From IMG/VR virus record IMGVR_UViG_3300037424_001177, positions 32,001 to 96,000 of that record: a stretch of DNA of 64,000 nucleotides. One strand, 5' to 3'. The notes under the pieces were generated by a model that was given only the letters and a program-made list of their open reading frames with translations, searched no databases and had not been told where the DNA came from. Each line of letters opens with the position of its first letter. Positions within the stretch are counted from its first letter, which is position 1. This DNA comes from a virus. Made by a program: the position numbers and the translations under genes. Below, piece after piece: positions 54,001 to 62,171 of this stretch.

Positions 54001-57000
54001 TTTCAAAATCTTGTCCGTACCGTCTTCGACGCAAGCACGCTTGCAAGCAAGCTTTACTGTTCCGGAGCCGTCCAGCGGAACCTTGTTTTGGGAACTCTTT
54101 GATCCGCGCAACGGCGAGATTGCAGATGATCCTTCCGATGTTGAAGTCATCGTCAACGGCAATCTTGTCGTTCCGGATGCTGTGATCGGATTGTTGGGTC
54201 AGGTGGTCTTGTCTACGACTCCTGACCCTGACGACTCCGTGTCTGTGAACTACAGCTGGTGTTGCAACCCGACCGTAGAAATTCGGCGTTTGAACTCGAA
54301 GGAGTTTCGCCTCAACAACGTCTCGCCACGATCAGCTCACGTTTATCAGTACCGAAATGTTTTGATTCGTCCGAGTGACTACACACCCCTCGACATCTCG
54401 GCACCTCTTGATCCTCCTCAGCTTCGGGAATTACACTATCGAGCCTACGAAAGAGCCTACACTCCGGTCCTGAACGATCCGACGCTTCTACTGCTCAACA
54501 GCCCGACGCATCGAATCGCATACCCCCCGGAAACACGAATTGTCAGCGAGTTGTTCGTAAGCTACGAAGCTACAACATTACCTGAGCTTGACACTGTCCC
54601 TTGGGTGCGCCGTGGAACAGGCATCGCGAGCACGTCTGCTGGCGTCTTAACGGTGACCGATGCGTCGACAGGAGCTTTCCCTTTTGGGCAGCCGATTTTC
54701 TGGACTCGAACAGTCGATACGTCCTTCCCTCACATCCTAGCTCTTTCCTGGCGCTTTCAGATCACTTCTGCGACGCTCGACGGCGTCTTTACAGGAGTGG
54801 CCGCTGGCTTCACTGAAGATGTCTCGGCTTTCGTAATCGGGTTTTTGGATGTTGCCGGCGTCAAGAAAATTGGACTTTTGAAACGTGGATCTGCTGACAA
54901 TCCTGCCTTAGTGTCTGCGTGGACAGGAGGAGTCGACACACTCGGCAACCCAACCAATCTGCCTGCCAATTTTGATTGGAGTGTGTTGCACAGTTACAGA
55001 TTCTACCGTGACCTCTCCGGGACAGTTCGGCTCTATGTCGATGGTGAAGTTGTTGAGACCCTGCGTATTCTTGCTGTTGAAGCCCCGTTTCTGGAAGAGC
55101 TGGCTGCACCATTCGACGAAGTCCAGGATGTTTTCTTTGGTTCAATTTCTCGTCCTGCTGCGAGCGTGTCTGCGTGGGATTTCGTTCGGTATTTAGTCCT
55201 GCCGACCAATGCATTGCAGACTGCTCCGTCCAGTTTTGTGAGTTATGAGGCGAATGTCGAGCCTGAGGTCGATGTCAAACCGTGGATCCCAGTTGGTTTC
55301 CATGGAACGGAAACGATTCTAGCGACTAACACTCTGCTGCTTGATTCGACAAGCGCTACTGACGCTTCTACCGCTACGCAAGTTGGTTTGATAGGTGGTG
55401 ACTTCCGAGGCTTCGTGCGCCTGGAACCGTTGCTTACTTCAGCTTCGCAGTTCGTTCTTGACGTCGAAGTACAAGGCCGAACACAAACACACGGTGTCGA
55501 TCCGTACGGTTTGATGTTCGCTGTAGACGACAGTCAGCGGCTGACACAAGTCTGTTTTCTCGCTGACGTTTCGGCTCCAAAGTTTAGCTATGGAGGACGT
55601 TCTCTGCCTGAGGACTTCTCGCCTTACGTTTGGACTAGGACCGGCGGCAGTGCTGTTGCAATGGTGGGGCGTATTCTTCGTCTGACGGACGCTTCGGTCG
55701 CAGACGGGGTTCTCTACTTCATTGAAGACCTGGAACCCGTTCTCTCAGACCAGCGGGTGATTGCCTCAGGGATCGACTACATTTTCGAGTTTCGAGTTGA
55801 AGTGGTTTCTTACGTCATCGACGGCTCTGGTTTTGCAGGGGTCTTCACTCAAGCGTACGATGGGACCAGAGCGGTTGGTGTGCAATTCGAGGTTTTGGCA
55901 GGGATACGTTATGTGACGTTTTGTTCGGACGGCGTTCCCTTTGTTCCTGGACGTTTTGCATTCGATTGGTTCGATGGGGACCCTCACACATATCGTTTGT
56001 CGAAGAGTACGACAGGCGATTTGGTTTCACTGTTTATTGATGGGATATTTGTAGGATCACTTGCCTACAGCTCGTTTGCTGTTCCGGTCCCGGCTGACGC
56101 CATGGTTTCGTTCGGATCGGCAACACCTGCAAGTGTTGGATCGATTTCGGCGGTAGATTGGCACTACTGTAACGCTTGGCGTGTTCAGCTTGGTTTGCAA
56201 CGCTTCGTCGGCATCTGGAAGGGCTACGATCCTAACGCTTTAACGGGCTACCACACTTCGACCAAGATCACAGGGCGAAACGCCACTATCAATGGCAACG
56301 CTTTGGGAGATCCGATAGCTGACTTTTTCGGCGCAGGGGTAGTATCCGGTGATTTGTTGGTTGTTGATTCCGGCGCCAACAAGGGCGTGTACGAAGTTGC
56401 TGGTGTGAGTAGCTCAACGACTCTTACTATTACGTCGACGTGGCCACTTGCTCCATCGTTGGCTGACTACCGCATACTGCGTGAAACTGACTGGTCGGTT
56501 TCTCACAAGTATCGGTTGTCCAAGGACAGCACGGGTGAAGTCGATCTGTTTCTCGATACGGATACGGATCCACTGATCAGGATCAGCTACAGCTCTACTG
56601 ACTTGCCAGGTAGCAGTTCGGGGATCGTGTTGACGTTGTCAGCCACGTTACCCGCGATCGTGTTTGGTTCGTTCAGTCCAGAAAACCTGTGTCAATCGAG
56701 TTGGGACTACGTTCGATACGGAATCACTCGGAGCCCGACCGAGCTACGTATTGCTCCACATCATCAAGTCATCAACCAGTGGAACGTGATGGAGAGTCCT
56801 GAGCGCCTCTACACAGTTTTGCCTCATGAGCTGACAAGCTTCAAGTCTAGCTCGACCGGCATTGTTCCTAGGAAGGATCCTGACTTCTTAGCAGACCCTG
56901 GCTTGCCTGCTTGGACGCAACTTAATGAAGGTACGCCGTTGGTGCCGAGCACACAGACTTTTGAGACGCGTGCTCCTTACGTAGTCACAGAGTTCGTCTC

Positions 57001-57673
57001 GGTCCTGAACAACCCAGAAGATGTGCTCAACAATGACGGCGATTTCGTTCTGAATGACGGTTCGACTCGCATTCGGCTTGAGGTGCCGGATGACATTTTG
57101 TATTCGTGTTTGGACGTCATCGAACAGTCGACTGGGGCCCTGGCGCTGATCGCGCCGGCTGATGATTCGTGTGGACCTGAGTTTGGGGGATTCCAGTACG
57201 TTAGGGAGGTCTGTTTGACCTACGACGGCACAGTTCTGCCTGAGAATGACACGACGGCTCCGACGCCTTGGGAGCTTGTGAGCGACGTTCCTGTGGACGT
57301 TTCCGCCAGTGTCGTTGGGGGCGCCTTGTCCTACGGCACAGTTGGTGGAGCAACAGTGTATCGCAATCCTACGCCTTTGTTCGACGCTCCTGGCCTCATC
57401 ACGGAGGCCGTTTTCAGGCTGCGAGTTGTTGCGGATTCGACACTTGGTGTCGGAGATACACAGATTCGGTTCGGAATTTCTGCTCCAGGGTTCACTGTCG
57501 CGATTGCTTTGTTGACTTCTGAGATAGCGGAACGTTTTGCTGTTGTCACGGATCAACAAGACGGAAAATACTTTGGGACTATCAGCCTCGACTATTTGGA
57601 CGGACAGTACCGTACTTATCGGATTGTGCGAGATCCTGGCGCTGGTGTAGTGCGAGTGTCCGTGGATCTGTGA
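51035..57673 (+). CDS. giant (2212 aa) virion-associated protein: D/S/T repeat stalk, Ig-like domains and four lectin/LamG-like modules
   Basis: ~560-aa N-terminal SD.VS.TD repeats; VTVVFDQPM..Y.I Ig-like segment; [H/R].YR......V.[L/V].[V/I/L]D module occurs four times. Confidence 0.75.
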   Translation: MIDVTLDDSIAVEDPHTLSEVISTGTLYSATIDEFDVPIADVASSDSAYDRSATDSVDTTDTSFSDLFFDRAITDSDGVSDALLVDLFFQRTITTDTFETTDSPALTIFYERTVADTVSLTDLLSAGNSYDRELSDSDSIVVAAPLTSLDFQRTLSPDVLGAVDERLAETDYVRIVSDVFSVVDQLVIEGFYAVNDNVSFTDEIAASTDYVRDASDTASLTDQVTSEPNVSGDDAISVTDQLEVVTNYVRDVSDAPSFTDQINTEADTAREASDTISVSDTSLLVETVFPVDTISVSDELTRTAEFQRSSEDADSTTDSTDLTTSYERAVADIVSLTELLSAGNLYERELSVAIVVTDTTTIETTLGGLASDAITVDDTLSIDVPYERFATDTDTVLDSVSASVAVSVLLADTASVTDQVLVTTERGVVVSDSLSLTETVLRDVDWVREFLETLIVFDDLTVLLNRLVDVSLSDALASPTDTVSAESIDVDIDVDDTIFDIPDEVSRDSDNVRVLDDAAVTIVDTVLAERAEVDRILSDSDTVTDSVARDSDNVRVLEDIVTIFEFVTIELETPVPVVVSSDGFGFTLTVPELMFAGVQDLTHYRLLVLPGGVPAQVQLANPIATVLQTGSTGLLVDVQDPNFLSDTLRLDGGFIGHDVGSYIEILNGRVPGIYRIVSVGPIIVSGDTVGISDQVNVNGTDFPVTTGSASTAGLTTTDVQIDRRLPLVDPQNGSLSWRHLSAVEQIAFETTNKLTNQANYLLEIRGLRTRSDTLFDFDHVFYTSGILGPQVQSATATDEGVVTVVFDQPMRTNGVFTTPVEYSITGPTDVAIKRAWSISPESVSLETLGLGSGSYQLTVNILGTPTDVAGNPTDPTFNTAIFSSSVPLTVRSVFTDRGPIARPPLVLQRGSGASITSVSQVTLPGATLTAQHVGLYLRLGSLGLPPTTSSSVVGLVVQINDSLSAADSVKLELITGSATRTVYSTVSGTFKILSVPSSTQARLQASFTVPEPSSGTLFWELFDPRNGEIADDPSDVEVIVNGNLVVPDAVIGLLGQVVLSTTPDPDDSVSVNYSWCCNPTVEIRRLNSKEFRLNNVSPRSAHVYQYRNVLIRPSDYTPLDISAPLDPPQLRELHYRAYERAYTPVLNDPTLLLLNSPTHRIAYPPETRIVSELFVSYEATTLPELDTVPWVRRGTGIASTSAGVLTVTDASTGAFPFGQPIFWTRTVDTSFPHILALSWRFQITSATLDGVFTGVAAGFTEDVSAFVIGFLDVAGVKKIGLLKRGSADNPALVSAWTGGVDTLGNPTNLPANFDWSVLHSYRFYRDLSGTVRLYVDGEVVETLRILAVEAPFLEELAAPFDEVQDVFFGSISRPAASVSAWDFVRYLVLPTNALQTAPSSFVSYEANVEPEVDVKPWIPVGFHGTETILATNTLLLDSTSATDASTATQVGLIGGDFRGFVRLEPLLTSASQFVLDVEVQGRTQTHGVDPYGLMFAVDDSQRLTQVCFLADVSAPKFSYGGRSLPEDFSPYVWTRTGGSAVAMVGRILRLTDASVADGVLYFIEDLEPVLSDQRVIASGIDYIFEFRVEVVSYVIDGSGFAGVFTQAYDGTRAVGVQFEVLAGIRYVTFCSDGVPFVPGRFAFDWFDGDPHTYRLSKSTTGDLVSLFIDGIFVGSLAYSSFAVPVPADAMVSFGSATPASVGSISAVDWHYCNAWRVQLGLQRFVGIWKGYDPNALTGYHTSTKITGRNATINGNALGDPIADFFGAGVVSGDLLVVDSGANKGVYEVAGVSSSTTLTITSTWPLAPSLADYRILRETDWSVSHKYRLSKDSTGEVDLFLDTDTDPLIRISYSSTDLPGSSSGIVLTLSATLPAIVFGSFSPENLCQSSWDYVRYGITRSPTELRIAPHHQVINQWNVMESPERLYTVLPHELTSFKSSSTGIVPRKDPDFLADPGLPAWTQLNEGTPLVPSTQTFETRAPYVVTEFVSVLNNPEDVLNNDGDFVLNDGSTRIRLEVPDDILYSCLDVIEQSTGALALIAPADDSCGPEFGGFQYVREVCLTYDGTVLPENDTTAPTPWELVSDVPVDVSASVVGGALSYGTVGGATVYRNPTPLFDAPGLITEAVFRLRVVADSTLGVGDTQIRFGISAPGFTVAIALLTSEIAERFAVVTDQQDGKYFGTISLDYLDGQYRTYRIVRDPGAGVVRVSVDL

Positions 57674-57697
57674 TTGAAAGGGAGTGGTTAGTAGGGC

Positions 57698-58588
57698 ATG
57701 GCCGCAATCGCACTTTCAAAATTCACGCAGGGTCTCAATGTCGGGGGTGACGGCGAAGCTCTTAAGGGTACGACAGGGTCTTCGGCATCCATCACGAATA
57801 GCGACAACACGGATGTTGCAAGTTGGCAGATCGATTTGTTGTACGTCGATCCGGCAAGCTCGCTTGTTCCTGCGACTCCGTTCACGTTCCACAACAACAA
57901 CAACACACCCATTGCGAACTTCACACCCGACGTTCGCGGCTGTTATCGCTTTGCACTAAAGGTCTGGAACGTCATCAACCGGGTTGGGCTCCCGACCGAC
58001 GTTGACCAGCGAATCTTTGCTGTTCCTGAGGCCAATGGAATTGTAGTCCCTCCACCACAACTTTGGCCGGTGCCATTACCCGATCCGGCAAGTGGTACGA
58101 TGGGTGCTAAGCCCAACGAATTCAATTTCGGAGGCCAGCTTGATGGGTGGGCCGGAGATACCGCGGACGGGCTCCTGAACCACTTGCTGAGACGCTTTAA
58201 GGATGCCGGGACTAGGAAGGTAGTCGGGTCTTCGGGCCCGTGGACAACCAATCAGACAGGCCCTTACAGCATTGGTATGATTGTTGTCGATCCGACGGAG
58301 TTTCCTGGGGCGTCGTTCTACTTGGAAGCCGTGATCGAAACCACCGACGCTGCTGCTCTCTCGACTGTCGAGCTTTGGAATTTGGATGACGCTGAGACAG
58401 TGACTGGCTCGACGATTACAACAGCTGTGACTTCTCCGACGCGCGTTGTCTCTAGTGCACTGACCGTCGGCGGTGCAGCCGGAAACTTGCGAAACGCGCT
58501 CAGGACCTATGAAGTTAGGTTGTATCGAAACGGAGGAACTGCGTCTGACTTCGTAGGGTCGAAACTCGTCCAGCTTTCGATTGTGTGA
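57698..58588 (+). CDS. putative virion structural protein
   Basis: FTPDV.G.Y.F.L.V (PKD-like) segment; beta-rich. Confidence 0.55.
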   Translation: MAAIALSKFTQGLNVGGDGEALKGTTGSSASITNSDNTDVASWQIDLLYVDPASSLVPATPFTFHNNNNTPIANFTPDVRGCYRFALKVWNVINRVGLPTDVDQRIFAVPEANGIVVPPPQLWPVPLPDPASGTMGAKPNEFNFGGQLDGWAGDTADGLLNHLLRRFKDAGTRKVVGSSGPWTTNQTGPYSIGMIVVDPTEFPGASFYLEAVIETTDAAALSTVELWNLDDAETVTGSTITTAVTSPTRVVSSALTVGGAAGNLRNALRTYEVRLYRNGGTASDFVGSKLVQLSIV

Positions 58589-58594
58589 GCCCTG

Positions 58595-59686
58595 ATGGCC
58601 TACCCTACTATACAACGGACGTGGCAGTACCAGGTCAATGTCGTTGTGGCCGCAGGTGGAACACAACTCATCACAGCTCAAACCATTTGGCGGACTCTCA
58701 AAGACATTTTGAAGGGATCCGGGACTTGGACCAACCGTAATGGGGAGACTGTGGCGTCTCTGGCGAACTGGACCGTTAGCGGTTCGTCCAATGCAGGTAC
58801 GGCAGGAATGGATGGCGTCGATCGTTGGACGAACAATGCTGCCTTAGTCTGGGCAGATTCTGGGGAAGCCAGATCATGGATCGTGTTGCGACAGCCTGGG
58901 ATCCACGCACAATCTGAAATATTGTTTGCTCTCGAAGGATTCGTATCAGCAGTTCCGGAAGCCGCTACTACAGCAGCTTCACCTTCTGTGGGTTACACGG
59001 GAGGTAGCACTACAAGCCGGCCAACAGCTACTGATGCTATTGGTATGACTTCTGGGTTGAACTCTGCGTCACCGGGGCTAGTACCAAACACAAATGTCGG
59101 GGTGGTCCTACATGTGATGAAGTCATCGGATGGAGCTGCAACACGAGTTATTACGTGTCGCAGCGGCTTCTCGACAACTTTTTGGGGTTGGGAGCGACCA
59201 ATACACTCAGTCGATGGTTGGACTGTCCCTTACGTTGGTTGGACACTGGGGAACTCCGGATCTCCGTCGAGTTCCCTCTTGACCTATGTAGAAATGGCAA
59301 AACAAACTTCAGGAACTGGTGGTTCCTGCTCTAGAATTAACGGTCTTGCCCCAGACAGTGCATTAGGTGCGGGTTCTAGGGCGGCCCTTCCTTTTTCAAC
59401 AGAGTGTATAGGTTCGGCTACATCAACTTCGATAGATCCTATTGGTGATCGTATGGGCCTCAACGATTTGAGTAGTAAGTACCCTATCACACCAGTTGGT
59501 CTTGATCGTAGTAACACAAGTTACGCATCTGTTCGAGGTCGTCATGCCTGGATGTCTGATCTTTGGTTTGGCAGCGATGCTGTAGTAGATGGTTCAACGT
59601 ATCCTCTCGACAGTTCAAAGCAGTTCGCCCAATTCGGAGTTGTGATTGTTCCTTGGAACGGCACAGTTCCTGTCATGACAGCGTGA
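58595..59686 (+). CDS. putative tail/receptor-binding protein, paralog A
   Basis: WQ.QVN, NWTVSGSS, GMD.VDRW, RSWIVLRQ, GRH....DLW shared with the next ORF. Confidence 0.55.
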   Translation: MAYPTIQRTWQYQVNVVVAAGGTQLITAQTIWRTLKDILKGSGTWTNRNGETVASLANWTVSGSSNAGTAGMDGVDRWTNNAALVWADSGEARSWIVLRQPGIHAQSEILFALEGFVSAVPEAATTAASPSVGYTGGSTTSRPTATDAIGMTSGLNSASPGLVPNTNVGVVLHVMKSSDGAATRVITCRSGFSTTFWGWERPIHSVDGWTVPYVGWTLGNSGSPSSSLLTYVEMAKQTSGTGGSCSRINGLAPDSALGAGSRAALPFSTECIGSATSTSIDPIGDRMGLNDLSSKYPITPVGLDRSNTSYASVRGRHAWMSDLWFGSDAVVDGSTYPLDSSKQFAQFGVVIVPWNGTVPVMTA

Positions 59687-59692
59687 TCGTTT

Positions 59693-60724
59693 ATGCCTTT
59701 ACCGATCCCTGTTCGACGTTGGCAGTTTCAAGTCAACCAAACTGTTTCCGCTTTGGGTAGCAGTTTGTCGACTAATCGACGCTTGCTAAGGAGCATCAAA
59801 AACTCACTCTTGGGGACAGGTAGTTGGACCAATAGTGCAGGCGGTTTGGTTACCAGTCAGGCCAATTGGACCGTTAGCGGTTCGTCTGACAGCGTCACGT
59901 CAGGCATGGACTCTGTTGACCGTTGGACGGTGGACAGCGATCTTGATTGGTCTTCCGCTAGCGTTCGCTCGTGGATTGTTCTTCGTCAGGCCGGGATCTC
60001 TTCAAAATTTGAGTTGCTCATCCATCTCAACAACAGTAATGACGACTTCGCTTTGCTGGCTGTTTCACCTGTCGCGGGATTCGGTTCGGTCAATGGAGGT
60101 ACTGACGGATCAACGTCCGCTGCGCCGACGGCCACAGACCAGATGACCTTGGTTAGTTCGACGGTTAACACATGGGGCGGTGGCGGTAACAACACAGCAC
60201 GATATCATGTTATGAAGTCCGTTGACGGCTCATCGAACCGCGTAGTCATCACACGAAACACTAATTTGGTTGGGTTTTGGATTTTTGATGTTCCTCGAGA
60301 TCCTGTCACGGGTTGGACGAGTCCGTCGGTTTCGATGTTGAGAGCTAATAGCTCAACAGGGCCCGCAGTGTCTGCAATCAGCTACGACAATTTGACAGAC
60401 GTCGCGGACGCGCGAGGTCATAGTACTGCGACTATGAACTTGAATTTGACAGGTGAAGCCGACATGGAAAATCGGCCATTCATTGGTGAAGACCTGAATG
60501 TCCCTAGTGATGTTACGAATCTATACTCGTTACTACCAATTGGTATTTACTGTGACACCGCGGGTAGGCAAGGGCGTCACGGGTTCCTGGCAGATCTTTG
60601 GTGGGTTGCGGGCAACTTGGACGGCTCGAATGGTCCCAACACATTTCCAGCAAGCGGGACCTTGAAGCGTTTCATGCAGCTTGGCCCGTTGTGTTGGCCG
60701 TGGAATCGATCAACGCCAGTCTAA
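59693..60724 (+). CDS. putative tail/receptor-binding protein, paralog B
   Basis: Same shared motifs as paralog A. Confidence 0.55.
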   Translation: MPLPIPVRRWQFQVNQTVSALGSSLSTNRRLLRSIKNSLLGTGSWTNSAGGLVTSQANWTVSGSSDSVTSGMDSVDRWTVDSDLDWSSASVRSWIVLRQAGISSKFELLIHLNNSNDDFALLAVSPVAGFGSVNGGTDGSTSAAPTATDQMTLVSSTVNTWGGGGNNTARYHVMKSVDGSSNRVVITRNTNLVGFWIFDVPRDPVTGWTSPSVSMLRANSSTGPAVSAISYDNLTDVADARGHSTATMNLNLTGEADMENRPFIGEDLNVPSDVTNLYSLLPIGIYCDTAGRQGRHGFLADLWWVAGNLDGSNGPNTFPASGTLKRFMQLGPLCWPWNRSTPV

Positions 60725-61542
60725 GCTGCAAGTTGGAACGTGGTCCCTTTGGTCGGAACCCAGAGATCACTTGTTTCTTTGGATGCCAAGACGTGTGGTT
60801 TGACAACACAGAAGCCGTTGAACCCAAAGTTTGTCCGGCCCCATGAGTTCTTGATGATGAATCCTACTGCCGCAAGGTAGCCGACAACAAGCATGGCGTG
60901 TCCTCCAAGGATCTGGCCCTTTGGCCCCTCCCACGGGGTCTCATCGCGGATTTGTTGGAAGGTTGTATCGACGACGGTCCCGAAAGTGACCGGGTGGTTT
61001 GCTCGTAAGGCGGCAACGATCCGTTCAAGCCTACTATCTCCTGTCTCGTTGATTCTGTAGTAGCCGTGAATGCGATGTGCAGTAGCCGCACGCATTGCCA
61101 TGAGGTCGGGCAGTGTGTGAACCTTGTTGATGTCGTAAGGCCACCCGCCCTTGCCGGCAGGCAAGTCTTCTCTGCAAATTCCGAACTTTGACAGAACTTC
61201 GAAGCAGAGCCGGAGAAAGGCGCCGTCATCTTTGTCGATGTCCCCTTTTCCGTCACCGTCCTGGTCCATGAAGTTTCTGGCTAACGTGTAGACGAAAAGC
61301 CTCGAAAGCTGGACTCCCGGTTTGCCTTCGATGGCGTTCAAGACCTCGACGGAGTCTGCCGACGCATTTCCTGTGCACGACCCAATCGAATACTGGTGAC
61401 TCTCGGTACAGAAAGCCATGAGATCGACATCGCCTTGCGAAACTTGTGGAAGTTTCGGGAGAAGATCTGTCGTGAAGTCGAAGTCTGGCTTTTGATCCGC
61501 CTTCTTTGGAGGGTCTGCTCTGTACCCAAATTTCGTCAGCAT
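60721..61542 (-). CDS. papain-like C1A cysteine peptidase
   Basis: Q..IGSCTGNA (catalytic Cys), LSRLFVY, GGHAML.VGY (His), IKNSWG (Asn); SD GAGGAG. Confidence 0.9.
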   Translation of the reverse strand: MLTKFGYRADPPKKADQKPDFDFTTDLLPKLPQVSQGDVDLMAFCTESHQYSIGSCTGNASADSVEVLNAIEGKPGVQLSRLFVYTLARNFMDQDGDGKGDIDKDDGAFLRLCFEVLSKFGICREDLPAGKGGWPYDINKVHTLPDLMAMRAATAHRIHGYYRINETGDSRLERIVAALRANHPVTFGTVVDTTFQQIRDETPWEGPKGQILGGHAMLVVGYLAAVGFIIKNSWGRTNFGFNGFCVVKPHVLASKETSDLWVPTKGTTFQLAA

Positions 61543-61589
61543 TTTTATACACTCCTCTAGGTGTAGCGAATCGAAAAGAGGAAACCATC

Positions 61590-61925
61590 ATGTACAAGCT
61601 CCCACTGGCAGTTCTCCTTTTCGTTGTCGGGTGTATCCCGTCGCAAGACATCGAGACGCCAAGACCGCAGCCACCCGACAACGAGCCGGGGCAGTGCGAA
61701 ATCATGTGCGAGCACTTGGTGTCGCTAGGTTGTGAAGAGGGGAAGCCTGTTTACAACAACGATCTGCCGGGACCTGCGGACGTACCGAACCAAAGTTGCC
61801 CAGACTTTTGCGAGGACTTGCAAGGCAAAGGTGTGCCTGTGAATCCGCAGTGTGTGGCGTTGATCGAGATTTGCGATCAAGTCGAAGAATACCGCACCAG
61901 AGACTCCGCTTCTTGTGTCAGGTGA
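61590..61925 (+). CDS. Cys-rich lipoprotein
   Basis: MYKLPLAVLLFVVG-C lipobox; CxxxC..GC, CxxxC, C....C pattern; SD GAGGA. Confidence 0.7.
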   Translation: MYKLPLAVLLFVVGCIPSQDIETPRPQPPDNEPGQCEIMCEHLVSLGCEEGKPVYNNDLPGPADVPNQSCPDFCEDLQGKGVPVNPQCVALIEICDQVEEYRTRDSASCVR

Positions 61926-61940
61926 TCTTGGAGGTTTCTT

Positions 61941-62171
61941 GTGGCGGACATTGACGGAGAACTCATTTCGTTCGGAGCAGGTGGTTTGGCACCACCGGGC
62001 ACGTTTCTGTACAAGATGAGGGCTATTGATCTGAACTGTGGGTCACTGACTTACAGAACTTGGCTCGCGCTTGATGAGCCTGATTTTACCGCAAGTCAGT
62101 TCAGCGGAACGCACTGCGGCGGGACGATCAACTTCTCCGACATCACTTTGTTGGCGGTCATTAGCGTATAA
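61941..62171 (+). CDS. small hypothetical protein
   Basis: SD GGAGG; TAATG coupling to the next ORF. Confidence 0.55.
   Translation: MADIDGELISFGAGGLAPPGTFLYKMRAIDLNCGSLTYRTWLALDEPDFTASQFSGTHCGGTINFSDITLLAVISV

Noticed and set aside
51645-57559. Many short alternative-frame and antisense ORFs inside the 2212-aa gene and other long genes
   Set aside because: They are fully nested, lack SDs or recognisable motifs, and are expected from the codon bias of the main ORFs.
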